Shown: in pieces, positions 29,150-39,214 of the stretch
How the letters are laid out: every line of letters starts with the position of its first letter
Numbering within the stretch: position 1 is the stretch's first letter
Source of the DNA: Bradymonadia bacterium
GTDB lineage: Bacteria; Myxococcota_A; Bradymonadia; UBA7976; UBA1532
Length of the DNA stretch: 64,000 bases
NCBI GenBank assembly: GCA_049318805.1
Contig: JBMOFP010000004.1
Location: forward strand, 493-64,492
Reading direction: 5' to 3'
Translations under genes and position numbers: made by a program
The notes under the pieces: generated by a model
Told to the model about the DNA's origin: nothing
What the model saw: the letters and a program-made list of their open reading frames with translations, nothing else
Database searches by the model: none

Positions 29150-31588
29150 ATGCAGATCTCGCACCCAAACAGCACACTCGCCGCGCTCGCGGCCTCTCTC
29201 CTCTTCCTGGTCGGCGCCTGTGACGGCGACGGCGGGGGCGGCGTCGCCCCCGCCGACGATGCGCGTGTCTCGCCCGACGCAGCCGACGCGCCCGACGCGG
29301 ACGACGCGCCCGACGCAGCCGACGCGCCCGATGCGGGCGACGCGCCGGACGCCGAGCCGCGCGATGCCGAAGTCACCGCAGACGGCGAGCCGCCGCCCTC
29401 CGGGCCGTTCCGCGTGCGCGGCACCCTCGAGCAGGTCTACGTCTGGCTGGCCCCGCCCGAGACCGCGCTCGAGCTCGTCTCGGCTGAGGGTGAGGTCGTG
29501 GCGGAGGCGCCGACGGACGCCCAGGGCAGCCTCGTCTTTCGCGGCGTGCCGCCGGGCGCGGGCTATACGGTGCGGCAGCGCGAGGCCCCGGAAGAGGCGG
29601 TCGCGGACGTCACGGTGCGGGCCCCCGACGACTTCGTCGCGGAACCCAGCCTGTATGAACAACGACTGGCGCCGGGCTACGGGTACCTGACGACCCGCGA
29701 CGGCACGAAGCTCTCCGTCTTCGTCACCTTGCCTGGACCGCCGGAGGCCGGCCCCTACCCGACGGTCGTGACGTACTCGGGCTACAGCCCGTCCCAGCCG
29801 GGTCGGTTGCTCAGCGAGCAGGCGCTCGCTTTCTGCGAGGACTACCCCATCCTGTGCGATGCGCCGAGTGACCCAAATACACTCATCGCCGGGGTCCTGG
29901 GCTACGCCACCGTGGGTGTGAACATGCGGGGCACCGGTTGCTCCGGCGGCGCCTACGACTACTTCGAGCCGCTCCAGCTCACGGACGGCCACGACATCGT
30001 GGAGATCGTGGCGCACCAGCCCTGGGTCGAGCACGGCAAGGTCGGCCTCGTGGGCCTGTCCTACCCCGGCATCTCGCAGCTCTTCGTCGCGCAGACGCAG
30101 CCGCCGTCCCTGGCGGCCATCACGCCCATGTCCGTCCTCGCCGACAGTGGGTCGTCGACGCTGCTCCCCGGCGGCATCTACAACACCGGCTTCGCGCTCG
30201 ACTGGATCGAGAACGTGCTGGCCCGGGCGCAGCCCTACGGTCATGGCTGGATTCAGGAGCTGGTGGACGCGGGCGACACGGTCTGCGAGGAGCATCAGCG
30301 CCTGCACAGCCAGAACCTCGACGTCGTCGCGAAGGCGCTCGCGAACCCGTTCTACAGCGACGACATCGCCAAACCCGTGGACCCCAGCGCCTTCGTGGAC
30401 CGCATCCAGGTGCCGGTCTTCCTCACCGGGCAGTGGCAGGACGAGCAAACCGGGCCACACTTCGCCACGCTGCTCGACAAGTTCACGGGCGCCCCGGTGA
30501 AGCGCTTCTTCGTGACGAACGGTGTGCACGTCGACGGGCTCGCGCCCCAGAGCCTGAACGAGTGGATCCTCTTCCTCGAGCTCTACGTGGCGAAGCGTGT
30601 CCCGGCGATCGACCCGCAGACCACGGCGCTCTTGCCGGTCTTCTTCAACCAGGTCTTCGGGGCGTTCATCCCCTGGCCCGAGAACCGCTTCGCGGACTTC
30701 GACGACTACGATGCGGCGCTCGCGGCCTACGAGGCGGAGCCGTCCCTGCGGGTGATGTTCGAGTCCGGCACCGCCCAGGGCCTCGACGCGGGCGCCCCGC
30801 AGGCGGCCTTCTCCCACGGCTTCTCGGCTTGGCCGGTGCCCGAGACCGTGCCGACGCGGTGGTACCTCCAGCCCGAGGGCACGTTGGCCCCCGACCTGCC
30901 CGTCGCCGCCGAGGACGATCCCGGCCACAGCTTCCTGCACGAGGCGGCGGCCGGGGATCGCACCACGTTGCCCGAAGGGAGCGTGGACGCCTTGCAGCCC
31001 GCCTACGTCTACCGCCCGCTGAACGACAGCCACGCCGTCGCGTGGATTGGGGACGCACTCGCCGAAGACACGGTCATGGTCGGGAGCGGCAGCGTCGACC
31101 TGTGGTTGAAGACGACCGAGACCGACGCCGACCTCGAGGTGAACCTGAGCGAGGTCCGCCCGGATGGCCAGGAACTCCTGGTGCAGAGCGGGTGGCTGCG
31201 CGCGAGCCACCGCAAGCTGCGCGCGGACGCCACCGAGCTGCGCCCCGTGAAGTCCCACTACCTGGCGGATCTCGAGCCCGTCGTGCCGGGCGAGTGGACC
31301 GAGGTGCGCGTCGAGCTCATGCCGTTCGCCCACGCCTTCCGCGCCGGCTCTCGTGTGCGACTCTCCATCGACACCCCGGGAGACAGCCGGGCGAGCTGGC
31401 GTTTCTTGCTCTTGGAGCACGCCGACACCGTCGCCCACACCATCGGGCACGACGTCGCGCATCCGTCCAGCGTGGTGCTGCCCGTGGTCCCCGGCGTGCC
31501 CGTGCCCACGTCGCTGCCGCCGTGCCTGGCGTTGCGCGGCCACGTCTGTCGGCCCTACGCGCCGCTGGCGATGGAGCCGCCGCTTTAG
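29150..31588 (+). CDS. Lipoprotein CocE/NonD family hydrolase (peptidase S15-like)
   Basis: Lipobox LVGAC, LTTRDGTKLS, GPYPTVVTYSGY, NMRGTGCSGG, GLSYPG and a CocE C-terminal domain (AHAFRAGSRVRLSI). Confidence 0.93.
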   Translation: MQISHPNSTLAALAASLLFLVGACDGDGGGGVAPADDARVSPDAADAPDADDAPDAADAPDAGDAPDAEPRDAEVTADGEPPPSGPFRVRGTLEQVYVWLAPPETALELVSAEGEVVAEAPTDAQGSLVFRGVPPGAGYTVRQREAPEEAVADVTVRAPDDFVAEPSLYEQRLAPGYGYLTTRDGTKLSVFVTLPGPPEAGPYPTVVTYSGYSPSQPGRLLSEQALAFCEDYPILCDAPSDPNTLIAGVLGYATVGVNMRGTGCSGGAYDYFEPLQLTDGHDIVEIVAHQPWVEHGKVGLVGLSYPGISQLFVAQTQPPSLAAITPMSVLADSGSSTLLPGGIYNTGFALDWIENVLARAQPYGHGWIQELVDAGDTVCEEHQRLHSQNLDVVAKALANPFYSDDIAKPVDPSAFVDRIQVPVFLTGQWQDEQTGPHFATLLDKFTGAPVKRFFVTNGVHVDGLAPQSLNEWILFLELYVAKRVPAIDPQTTALLPVFFNQVFGAFIPWPENRFADFDDYDAALAAYEAEPSLRVMFESGTAQGLDAGAPQAAFSHGFSAWPVPETVPTRWYLQPEGTLAPDLPVAAEDDPGHSFLHEAAAGDRTTLPEGSVDALQPAYVYRPLNDSHAVAWIGDALAEDTVMVGSGSVDLWLKTTETDADLEVNLSEVRPDGQELLVQSGWLRASHRKLRADATELRPVKSHYLADLEPVVPGEWTEVRVELMPFAHAFRAGSRVRLSIDTPGDSRASWRFLLLEHADTVAHTIGHDVAHPSSVVLPVVPGVPVPTSLPPCLALRGHVCRPYAPLAMEPPL
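29273..29353 (+). repeat. 18-bp coding tandem repeat x4.5 (PDAxDA)
   Basis: CCCGACGCAGCCGACGCG-like units starting at 29273, 29291, 29309 and 29327. Confidence 0.85.
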
Positions 31589-31592
31589 TCGC

Positions 31593-32510
31593 TCAGAGCC
31601 CCAGGGCGCGCGCCGCGTGGGGTCGGGGATCGCGTCCGGCGGCGCGCTCGGCCAGCGCTCGCAGCGCGGCGACCCGCGGATCCGCCTGGTCGAGCACCGA
31701 CAGCGACTGCGCGGCTTCGTCGGCGCGACCCACACGATAGAGCGCGACGGCGACGATGAAACGCAGGCGCGGATCGCTCCCCGCGTGGTCTACGAGGAGG
31801 TTCAGCGCCGCGGCGTCGCGGCCCTCACGCACAGCCGCCAGGCCCTGCCCCATCGCCGCGGCGCGCTGCGCCCCCGGGGTCGCCAGGCCCAGCGCCGGTT
31901 CATCCAGCGCGGCCTTCGCGGTCGACGCCAGGGCCATCAGGCGTGTCGGGTCACTGGTGCGCGCCGGATCGTCGAAGGCCGCGAGTGAGGCCTCGACGTC
32001 CCGCTCCAGGGCCGCGAGCAGCGTGCCCCGGGCGTCCGCGAGGCCGGGTCCGATGTAGCCCAGGCTGAGCGCGTGTTTCAGCAGGGCGATGGCCCCCGCG
32101 ACGTCGCCCGCCCCCGCGCGCTCGAGCGCCATGTTCAGGGTCGCCGCCGGCACCGCGGGCGGGCCCTCGGGCGGGTTCTCCTGGGCCTTGCGCAGCGCCA
32201 GCCCGAGCTCCGCTTCCACCTTCGGCCGGTCCTCTGCGTTGGTGGCCAGGGACAAATACAGCCGATACGCCACCACCGCGCCGGTCGAGTCGCGGGTCCA
32301 CGCCCGCGCCCGCGCGAGGTCGCGGTAGAGCCCCGCGTTTTTCGGATCGGCCTGCACCGCGCGCAGAAAGAGCGCGGCCGCGTCGTCGTAACGGGCGGCG
32401 TTGTAGGCCTCGCGCGCCGCCGTCAGCGGATCGGCGGGGGCGGCCGGCTGCGCGTGGCACACCGACGCGGCGACCAGCATCCAAGCGCACGTCAGCAGTC
32501 GGTACTTCAC
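31593..32510 (-). CDS. Secreted TPR protein
   Basis: GTG 32510 overlaps the upstream TGA (GTGA). Signal peptide MKYRLLTCAWMLVAASVCHA followed by TPR helices. Confidence 0.8.
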   Translation of the reverse strand: MKYRLLTCAWMLVAASVCHAQPAAPADPLTAAREAYNAARYDDAAALFLRAVQADPKNAGLYRDLARARAWTRDSTGAVVAYRLYLSLATNAEDRPKVEAELGLALRKAQENPPEGPPAVPAATLNMALERAGAGDVAGAIALLKHALSLGYIGPGLADARGTLLAALERDVEASLAAFDDPARTSDPTRLMALASTAKAALDEPALGLATPGAQRAAAMGQGLAAVREGRDAAALNLLVDHAGSDPRLRFIVAVALYRVGRADEAAQSLSVLDQADPRVAALRALAERAAGRDPRPHAARALGL

Positions 32511-33961
32511 TTTGCCCCTCCGCCGCCGAGCAGGTCGAACGTCCACCCGAGGCCGAGCTGAAAAGACGCCTGCGAGCGTGTCTCGGACCACCCCTCGTAG
32601 CTCCCCGAGAGCTGGACGAAAAGGTCGCGGTCGAGCTGCGCGCGACAGCCCGCTTCGACGCCGAACAACCACAGGGTGAGGTCGTGGTCCTTCTTCGCGC
32701 GGTTCCCGGCGGGGTCGAGCACACCCCGCGCCGTGAACGACTCGAGCACCATCGAGACCCCGGCCCGCACGAAGGGATCGATGCGCCACCGCGGCCAGCG
32801 TACGCCCACCCACAGCGGTCGAATCACCCAACGCTCCAGGTCGGTCAGCAGGCCGACGCGGTCCTGGGGCAGCACCGCGGTGTGCGGATCGGCGCCGCCC
32901 AGCCACGCCAGGCCGAGCGCCTCGACCTCGAAGAGCTCGCCGCGCCACCCGACGCCCACGTCGAGGCCGCCGAGCTGGGCCGACTCACTCGTCTTCTCGA
33001 CCCGCAGGATCCCCGAGCCGAGCTCCACCGGGCCGTCGAAGACCCGCGTGGTGCGCAACGCCGCGCGCCCGTAGAAGGCGCGTGCGGTCGTGTCCGGGTG
33101 GGGGTGGGCGTAGCGTGCGCCCAGGTCGGCCTTCGGCTTGAGGTCGTAGGTCACCTCCAGGGTGTCGCCCGCGGCCACCTCGATGGTGCGCTCGTAGGAC
33201 TCGAAGCCCGGCGCTTCGACACGCAGCAGGTGTTTGCCCGGCGCGAGGGCCACGGTGCCGGGTCGGTCGGCGAAGGGCAGGTGGTCGAGGGTCACCTTCG
33301 CGTTCTCCGGATTGAACCGGAGCGCGACGCGGGCCGAAACCGCCGGCAGGCTGAAGGTCAGTGTCGCGGCGTCTCCCGCGGCGACCTCGAGGCGCACCGT
33401 GGCGGGCGCGTGCCCGTCGGCCTCGGCGCGCACGTCGGTCGTGCCCGGCGGGACGAGGTAGCTGCCGGGTCCCGTGCCCAGGAGCAGCGCCCCGGCGTAG
33501 AGCCGCGCCGTCGGGGGCTCGACGGTGACCCGGAGCGTCGCCAGCCCGATGAGCTCCGAGACCACGTTCTCCGCCGCCTCGTTCAGCGTGTCGCCCAGGC
33601 CCACGAGTGTGCGCGGCGCCACGTGGGCCGCGGTCGACACGACCTCGAGGCGCACCTCCCAGCCCGCGCCCTGGCGTCGCGCCCGAGCGTCGATGCGACC
33701 GCCGAGGCCGAGCGCCTCGAGCACGGCGCGGTCGAGGTCCGTGCAAACGCCCGTGTCGGTGAAACACCCCGGCAGCGGCCCCGGGGCGGCGGGGGCCGCG
33801 AGCCATGCATCCCGGGTGGCGGCGGTGGGCAGGTGGTCGGGCAGCCGAGGCGCGAGGGGGGCGACCGCGGCCTCGAGCGCGGCCGGCTCGGCCTCACCGT
33901 CGGTCGGATACCGCCAGAGCACCGGAGGCGCAGCCAGGAGCAGGGTGAGGAGCATCGACAT
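32507..33961 (-). CDS. PEGA-domain protein with C-terminal beta-barrel-like region
   Basis: Two PEGA repeats (LRVTVEPPTARLY...PGTTDVRAEADGH; LRFNPENAKVTLD...PGKHLLRVEAPGF) and a C-terminal FQLGLGWTF strand. Start reassigned to 33961. Confidence 0.85.
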   Translation of the reverse strand: MSMLLTLLLAAPPVLWRYPTDGEAEPAALEAAVAPLAPRLPDHLPTAATRDAWLAAPAAPGPLPGCFTDTGVCTDLDRAVLEALGLGGRIDARARRQGAGWEVRLEVVSTAAHVAPRTLVGLGDTLNEAAENVVSELIGLATLRVTVEPPTARLYAGALLLGTGPGSYLVPPGTTDVRAEADGHAPATVRLEVAAGDAATLTFSLPAVSARVALRFNPENAKVTLDHLPFADRPGTVALAPGKHLLRVEAPGFESYERTIEVAAGDTLEVTYDLKPKADLGARYAHPHPDTTARAFYGRAALRTTRVFDGPVELGSGILRVEKTSESAQLGGLDVGVGWRGELFEVEALGLAWLGGADPHTAVLPQDRVGLLTDLERWVIRPLWVGVRWPRWRIDPFVRAGVSMVLESFTARGVLDPAGNRAKKDHDLTLWLFGVEAGCRAQLDRDLFVQLSGSYEGWSETRSQASFQLGLGWTFDLLGGGGAK

Positions 33962-34079
33962 GGCCGGGCAGGGTAGGGGTCGCACGCGCCCCCCGCAACC
34001 ACGGCGCGGGCGGATCGTTGCGGTCCCCGTGGGCGCTCCCCTACACTCGGCGCGTCCTCGTCCAAGGGAGTGCCCGCCG

Positions 34080-34505
34080 ATGAACGTTCGCTCGAGCTGT
34101 CTGGCCGTCCTGGCGCTGTCGACCGCCGTCGCCTGCAAGGAGGAGTCGGACCCGCCGAACCTGCCCACGCTCCAGGGCCTCACGGCCACCTGTGAGTTCG
34201 TCGAGCGCACCTGGCTGCTCACGCAGGTCGAGTTCGTCGCCCAGGATGCGGACGGCGTCGCCGACCTGGAGCCGCCCAACGTCATCGTCGAGGACGTCGT
34301 CTCCCTCGACGCGGCCGACTTCGACATCTCGCCCGCGGACGACGGCCAGAGCGCGACCTACCGCTGGTCCTACCGGCCAGACGGCGACGCGTTCTACTGC
34401 GGGGCCGAGGGTGACAGCCCCGGCACGCTCCTCAAGCTCTTTGTGTCCATCGAGGACAAGGCCGGCTTCATCGCGCAGCTCAAGGTCCGCTCGAAGCCGC
34501 TCTGA
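34080..34505 (+). CDS. Small lipoprotein, unknown function
   Basis: MNVRSSCLAVLALSTAVAC lipobox, RBS AAGGGAG, TACACT -10 box at 34042. Confidence 0.8.
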   Translation: MNVRSSCLAVLALSTAVACKEESDPPNLPTLQGLTATCEFVERTWLLTQVEFVAQDADGVADLEPPNVIVEDVVSLDAADFDISPADDGQSATYRWSYRPDGDAFYCGAEGDSPGTLLKLFVSIEDKAGFIAQLKVRSKPL

Positions 34506-34528
34506 GGCCGCGCCGACCCGGGCGGGGG

Positions 34529-36343
34529 CTATTGCAGCCGCGGCCCCGCGAAGTCACCGTTGAACGGCGGGCCCTGGTCCTGCTGGGTGCGGATCGTGCC
34601 CGTCCAGATACCCTCCGTGAGGCTGTCCACGGCGAGGTCGCTCGTCTCTTCGACAAACGTCATCGAGCCCGAGAGCGTGAGGCGGGTGTCGATGCGCAGG
34701 TTGCCGACGATGGCCTCGGCGGCGTCCCCGGCAATGCCGATGACCCCGGTACACCACCCCTCGATGGTGTCGCGGCTCACGATGTCGATGCCGGCGATGG
34801 AGAGTTCGTCGTCTCCGCCCGTGATGCCGTTGGCGAAGGCGGGGCAGTTGGCCAGGTTCAGCAGGGCCTCACGCAGGCTGCGCGCCCCGTCCGCGATGGC
34901 GGGCAGCACGAGGTTGTTGAGCACGAACAGGATGAGCCGGCCGTACTGGAGATCGAGCGTGTGGGGGTCGATCTCGCCCTTGTTGTAGGTGTGGATGCGG
35001 CCGGTGAACTGACCGAAGACCAGGTTGATGCCCTCCAGGCCCATGGCGACCTGGTCCATCGTGAAGGCGAACCGGCCGCACATGGGGTCCGGATTGCCGT
35101 CGCAACCCAGGCGCCAGTAGAAGGCGAGGCCGATCCAGCTCTGCGAGCCATCGTAGGTGCCGTCGGTCCGCGGTTTGGTGATCTGGATGTGGCTGATGAC
35201 CTCGAGGTTCGAGACGATGCTGATGAGGTCGGAGCCGATCTGGAAAAACGACCGGACCCAGGCCGGCCCGTCGTTGTCGATGTAGTTGTTGATGATGTCG
35301 TTGAGGTCGTCCTCGACGAAGCCGCGGATCAGGTCGACGACGAAGCCGCCGATGGCCCCTGCGGCCTCTCGAATCAGACCCTCGACGACGTCGAAGATGA
35401 CGCTGGCGATCTGCCGTTCGTTGTTCTGGTCGCCAAAGAACCGAACCAGCGCCCGAACCACGTCGCCCAGCGTGCCCGGGATGGCGTTGCTGAAGTTGAA
35501 GTGGTTGATCGTGTCGTAGGTGCCCGCGGGATTCAGCGGCAGCAGGAAGAGCGGGACGGTGATGCTCGTGTCGTCGCCCTCGGGGATGCGCAGGTCGCCG
35601 AAACATCCGCCCGCGGCGAGCGTGCCGTTGGCGGCGAGGCGCGCCCGCACGAGCACCGCGGCGGTGCGGCCCGAAAGCGTGGGGCCCAGGTAGGCCTCCT
35701 CGGCGATGGTCTGCACGTTCGCGCTGTGGAGTACGCCTTCGGGCGGCGCGAGGAAGCTCGGCTGATCGCAGAAGTCGGCGTCGTCGATGAGATAGACCTC
35801 GGCGTTGCCGAGACGGACGGGTCCGTTGTAGTCGAAGTCGACGCGCACGCCCCCCATGGGCAGCGCGACGACGTGCACGCGGATCTCCACCACGCGGCTG
35901 GCGGCATGCCAGGCCTTGACGAGGAGCTCCCGCGGCTCGGACGACGCGGTGAGGGACAGGGTCGCACCGCCGTTCTCGTCCGTGACCGAGGCCTGGGCGG
36001 CCAAGGCCGCGTCCAGCGTGTCCGGATCGCCCTCGAGCGCCCAGTTCACACGCTCGCCTTCCACCGGATCACCGCGGCCATCCAGCAGGAGCACCGAGAG
36101 CGGCACCTCGGACGCGACGTTCACCGTCTCTTCGTCTTCCCCGTCGATGACGAGGATGAAGGTCGGGTCCTCGGGGGTCTCGACCGGCGGGACCGGCCGC
36201 CCCGCGTCGTCGAAGACGATCGTTCGGCCCGGCTCCTCGGGCACGTAGACGACCTTCTCCGGCGGCCGCGTCTCGTCGGAGCAGGCGCCGAAGAGCAGCG
36301 CGAGGGCCGCGAACCAGAGTGGCGCGAATCGAAGCGGTGCCAT
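34529..36343 (-). CDS. Lipoprotein with N-terminal Ig-like (Big_1-like) domain
   Basis: Lipobox LFGAC, LDGRGDPVEGERVNW...SVTDENGGATL Ig-like motif, RBS AAGGGGG, extended -10 TGcTATCGT at 36378-36386. Confidence 0.85.
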   Translation of the reverse strand: MAPLRFAPLWFAALALLFGACSDETRPPEKVVYVPEEPGRTIVFDDAGRPVPPVETPEDPTFILVIDGEDEETVNVASEVPLSVLLLDGRGDPVEGERVNWALEGDPDTLDAALAAQASVTDENGGATLSLTASSEPRELLVKAWHAASRVVEIRVHVVALPMGGVRVDFDYNGPVRLGNAEVYLIDDADFCDQPSFLAPPEGVLHSANVQTIAEEAYLGPTLSGRTAAVLVRARLAANGTLAAGGCFGDLRIPEGDDTSITVPLFLLPLNPAGTYDTINHFNFSNAIPGTLGDVVRALVRFFGDQNNERQIASVIFDVVEGLIREAAGAIGGFVVDLIRGFVEDDLNDIINNYIDNDGPAWVRSFFQIGSDLISIVSNLEVISHIQITKPRTDGTYDGSQSWIGLAFYWRLGCDGNPDPMCGRFAFTMDQVAMGLEGINLVFGQFTGRIHTYNKGEIDPHTLDLQYGRLILFVLNNLVLPAIADGARSLREALLNLANCPAFANGITGGDDELSIAGIDIVSRDTIEGWCTGVIGIAGDAAEAIVGNLRIDTRLTLSGSMTFVEETSDLAVDSLTEGIWTGTIRTQQDQGPPFNGDFAGPRLQ

Positions 36344-36424
36344 CACGTGACCCCCTTGTGGTGGCGCGAAGGACGGCACGATAGCACGGCCGGCCGCGGT
36401 CCTGTCACGCGGAGGTCACGGGGC

Positions 36425-36919
36425 TCAACACTCCGCTGCGAACAGCTCCTCGAGCTCCTGGGCGACCTCGGTCTCGTCGCGGCGGCTGGCGAGAGAGAGC
36501 TCCTTCACGAGGAGATTGCGCGCCTGGTCGAGCATCTTGCGCTCGCCGTAGCTCAGGTCCTTGTCGCCCTTCAGTCGGTACAGGTCACGCAGGACACGCG
36601 CGATCTCGTGCACGGAGCCGGTCTTGAGCTTGTCCATGTAGGCGCGGTAGCGGCGATTCCAGGTCTTGTCCTCGGGCTTGCGCCCCGCCTCCTTGAGGAT
36701 CTCGTAGACCCCCGGAATCTCGACCGGATCGATGAGCTCCCGGAGTCCGACGCTGTTGGCCTTCGAGATGGGGATCCGAATCGTCGTCCCGTTCTCGACC
36801 AGTCGGAGCGTGTAGACGTCGACGGTCGACGGGCCGACTTGCATCTGCCCGATGCCCGTTATCTGGCCAATGCCCTGGCCCTGATAGACCGCCATATCCC
36901 CCACCGAAAACTGCACCAT
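36425..36919 (-). CDS. cdnL: CarD/CdnL family RNA-polymerase-binding transcription factor
   Basis: FSVGDMAVYQGQGIG, VGLRELI, KTWNRRYR (conserved Trp), LSYGERKML. 164 aa with no HMGA tail, so CdnL rather than CarD. Confidence 0.93.
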   Translation of the reverse strand: MVQFSVGDMAVYQGQGIGQITGIGQMQVGPSTVDVYTLRLVENGTTIRIPISKANSVGLRELIDPVEIPGVYEILKEAGRKPEDKTWNRRYRAYMDKLKTGSVHEIARVLRDLYRLKGDKDLSYGERKMLDQARNLLVKELSLASRRDETEVAQELEELFAAEC

Positions 36920-37053
36920 CCGAATCTCCCTCCAGAGACGTTCTCCCGGACCTCGCGGCATCGACGGCGACCCACCGTCGCGCGGGGTCGAGATGACAGG
37001 CGCCGAGATGAAACCACGTCGGCCGGTTGCCGACAACGGCTTGACACGCTTCC

Positions 37054-37062
37054 TGATAGTGT
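37054..37062 (+). promoter_or_regulatory. Extended -10 (TGaTAGTGT), likely leaderless start of the helicase
   Basis: 7 nt before ATG 37070. Confidence 0.5.
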
Positions 37063-37069
37063 TCGGCGA

Positions 37070-39181
37070 ATGTCGGAGCGAGCACGCAGAGCCGCCGTGA
37101 GCGGGCCGGAATCGCAGGCGTCGGATCTACCGGGCGCCGCCGTGCCCGGGGGCATCGACGGTGTGCTCGGCGCCGGCGGCTTGATGGCGCGGGTGACGCC
37201 CGGCTTCGAGCCCCGCGCGGGTCAGCTCGACCTCGCCCGTCGAGTCGCCGCGGTCTTCCAGGACGGCGGGGTTCTCCTCGCCGAGGCCGGGACGGGCACC
37301 GGCAAGACGCTGGCGTACCTCGCGGCGGCGTGTGTCACCGGTCGAACCGTGGTCGTGTCCACGGCGACTCGGAACCTGCAGGACCAGATCGTGCGGAAGG
37401 ACGTGCCGAGCCTGGAGCGCGCCCTCGGGCGTCCCATCGAGGCGGCGGTGCTGAAGGGCCGTCAGAACTACCTGTGCCTGTGGCGGCTCGAGCAAATGCG
37501 TGCCCCCGTAGGCTGGGGCGTGTCGTCCGACGTCGTCGACGCTGAGCTCGAGCGGGTCTTGGACTGGTCGTCGTGGACCCAGACCGGCGACCGCGCCGAG
37601 GTCTCGGGCTTGCCCGAGGAGCACCCGCTGTGGGACCGCCTCACGACCACCGCCGAGACCTGCCTCGGCGCGCAGTGTGCGTTCGTGTCGCAGTGTCATG
37701 TGACGCGTGCGCGCGCCGCCGCCGAGAAGGCGAAGCTGCTCATCGTGAACCATGCGCTCTACTTCGGGGACCTGGCCGTGCGCGCCGCGGGGGGCGCGCT
37801 GCTGCCGGAGCACGACGCGGTCGTTTTCGACGAGGCCCACGCCGTCGCCGAGACCGCCGCGCAGTTCTTCGGGGCCCAGGTCTCGAGTCATCGGCTGCTT
37901 CAGGTCCTGGACGACGTGCGGACGGGTGTTCGGTCCGTCTCGGACCTGGAGGGGGCGACGGTGCGCGCCGACGCCGCCCGCGCGCGCCTCGCCGGCGAGG
38001 CGCTGTTCACCGCCCTCCGGGCCGCTGGAGGCGTCTCGAACGCCCCCGAGGCTTTCCAGATGAGCGCGAGCGTGAACCTGAGCAGCGGACCGGACGCCGG
38101 GCGGGTCGGCTGGGGCCCCGCGGACGTGACCCCCGCGCTCGAGACCCTGCATCTCGACCTCGACTCGTCGCTCGAGTTGCTCGGGCAGGCCCTCGCGGCC
38201 ACCCAGGCGGCCGTGGAGGACCGCGGCGGGACGCCGGAGCAGTGGCCTTTGCTCCGGCGTCGGGTTCAGAGCCTGCGCGACGACCTGGCCCGCTTGCTCG
38301 ACCCGCGCGCCCCCGACTGGGTCTACTTCCGGGAGTCTCGCGGCACCGACGTCCGCCTCAGCGGTCAGCCCATCGAGGCCGGACTTCGGTTCGCTCAGGA
38401 GGTGCTCGAGCGTGTCCCCGCCGTCGTGCTCACCTCGGCGACGCTGGCCGTCGGGGGGTCGTTCGAGTACGTCCGTGGGCGCCTCGGCCTGGACGAGCCG
38501 GCCCACGGGGAGCGGGTCGAGGAGGCGACCGTAGAGAGCCCCTTCGACTACGGCGAGCAGGCGCGCCTGTACTTACCCTCCGGCCTGCCCGCCCCGGACG
38601 CCGCCGACTTCATCGAGGCCGTGGTCGCCCACGTCGGTCGGCTCACCGCGTTGACGGCCGGGCGGGCGTTCGTTTTGTTCACCAGTCATCGGAATCTGGA
38701 GGCCGCCCACAGGCGCCTGACGCGGCCCGCGGAGGCCTTCGGGTGGCCCCTGTTGAGACAGGGCGACGCGCCGCGCGCCGCGCTCGTCGAACGGTTCCGG
38801 GCCACCCCGGGTGCGGTGTTGCTGGGGACCGGCAGCTTCTGGGAGGGGGTGGACGTGCCGGGAGACGCGCTCTCGCTCGTGGTCATCGACAAGCTCCCCT
38901 TCGAGCCCCCCAACGATCCCGTGCTCCAGGCCCGTGCGGCGCGCTTCGCCGAGCGCGGGGGGCAGCCGTTCATGCAAATGCAGGTGCCCGCCGCGGCGCT
39001 CGCGCTCAAGCAGGGCTTCGGCCGCTTGATCCGCGTTCGGGGCGATCGCGGCATCGTGGCCGTGCTGGACAGCCGCCTGACCACGAAAGGCTACGGGAAA
39101 CGCATCCTCGCCGCCCTGCCGCCGGCCCCCGTCGTTCGCACCTTCGAAGAGCTCCAGGCGTGGTGGCGCGCGCCGAATTGA
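37070..39181 (+). CDS. DinG/YoaA family Fe-S ATP-dependent DNA helicase
   Basis: RAGQ, EAGTGTGKT, KGRQNYLC, ETCLGAQCAFVSQC (Fe-S Cys), FDEAH, TSATL, FWEGVD, KQGFGRLIR. The track ORF from 34532 is a fused shadow frame. Confidence 0.96.
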   Translation: MSERARRAAVSGPESQASDLPGAAVPGGIDGVLGAGGLMARVTPGFEPRAGQLDLARRVAAVFQDGGVLLAEAGTGTGKTLAYLAAACVTGRTVVVSTATRNLQDQIVRKDVPSLERALGRPIEAAVLKGRQNYLCLWRLEQMRAPVGWGVSSDVVDAELERVLDWSSWTQTGDRAEVSGLPEEHPLWDRLTTTAETCLGAQCAFVSQCHVTRARAAAEKAKLLIVNHALYFGDLAVRAAGGALLPEHDAVVFDEAHAVAETAAQFFGAQVSSHRLLQVLDDVRTGVRSVSDLEGATVRADAARARLAGEALFTALRAAGGVSNAPEAFQMSASVNLSSGPDAGRVGWGPADVTPALETLHLDLDSSLELLGQALAATQAAVEDRGGTPEQWPLLRRRVQSLRDDLARLLDPRAPDWVYFRESRGTDVRLSGQPIEAGLRFAQEVLERVPAVVLTSATLAVGGSFEYVRGRLGLDEPAHGERVEEATVESPFDYGEQARLYLPSGLPAPDAADFIEAVVAHVGRLTALTAGRAFVLFTSHRNLEAAHRRLTRPAEAFGWPLLRQGDAPRAALVERFRATPGAVLLGTGSFWEGVDVPGDALSLVVIDKLPFEPPNDPVLQARAARFAERGGQPFMQMQVPAAALALKQGFGRLIRVRGDRGIVAVLDSRLTTKGYGKRILAALPPAPVVRTFEELQAWWRAPN

Positions 39182-39214
39182 CCGACCTTTCAGCCGCGGC
39201 CTAGGATGCTCCCG

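Noticed and set aside
28537-29424. Small ORFs 28537-28764, 28780-29424, 28800-29177 and 897-1475 as real genes
   Set aside because: They run through the non-coding repeat or are off-frame or antisense to better-supported CDSs.
37041-37046. Perfect TTGACA upstream of the helicase
   Set aside because: It is only 10 nt from the TAGTGT box, with no -10 at 16-18 nt, so it cannot be paired into a sigma70 promoter.
34532-37069. N-terminal 846 aa of the 1549-aa helicase ORF
   Set aside because: It is antisense to the Ig lipoprotein and cdnL. The helicase begins at about 37070, where there is an extended -10 box.
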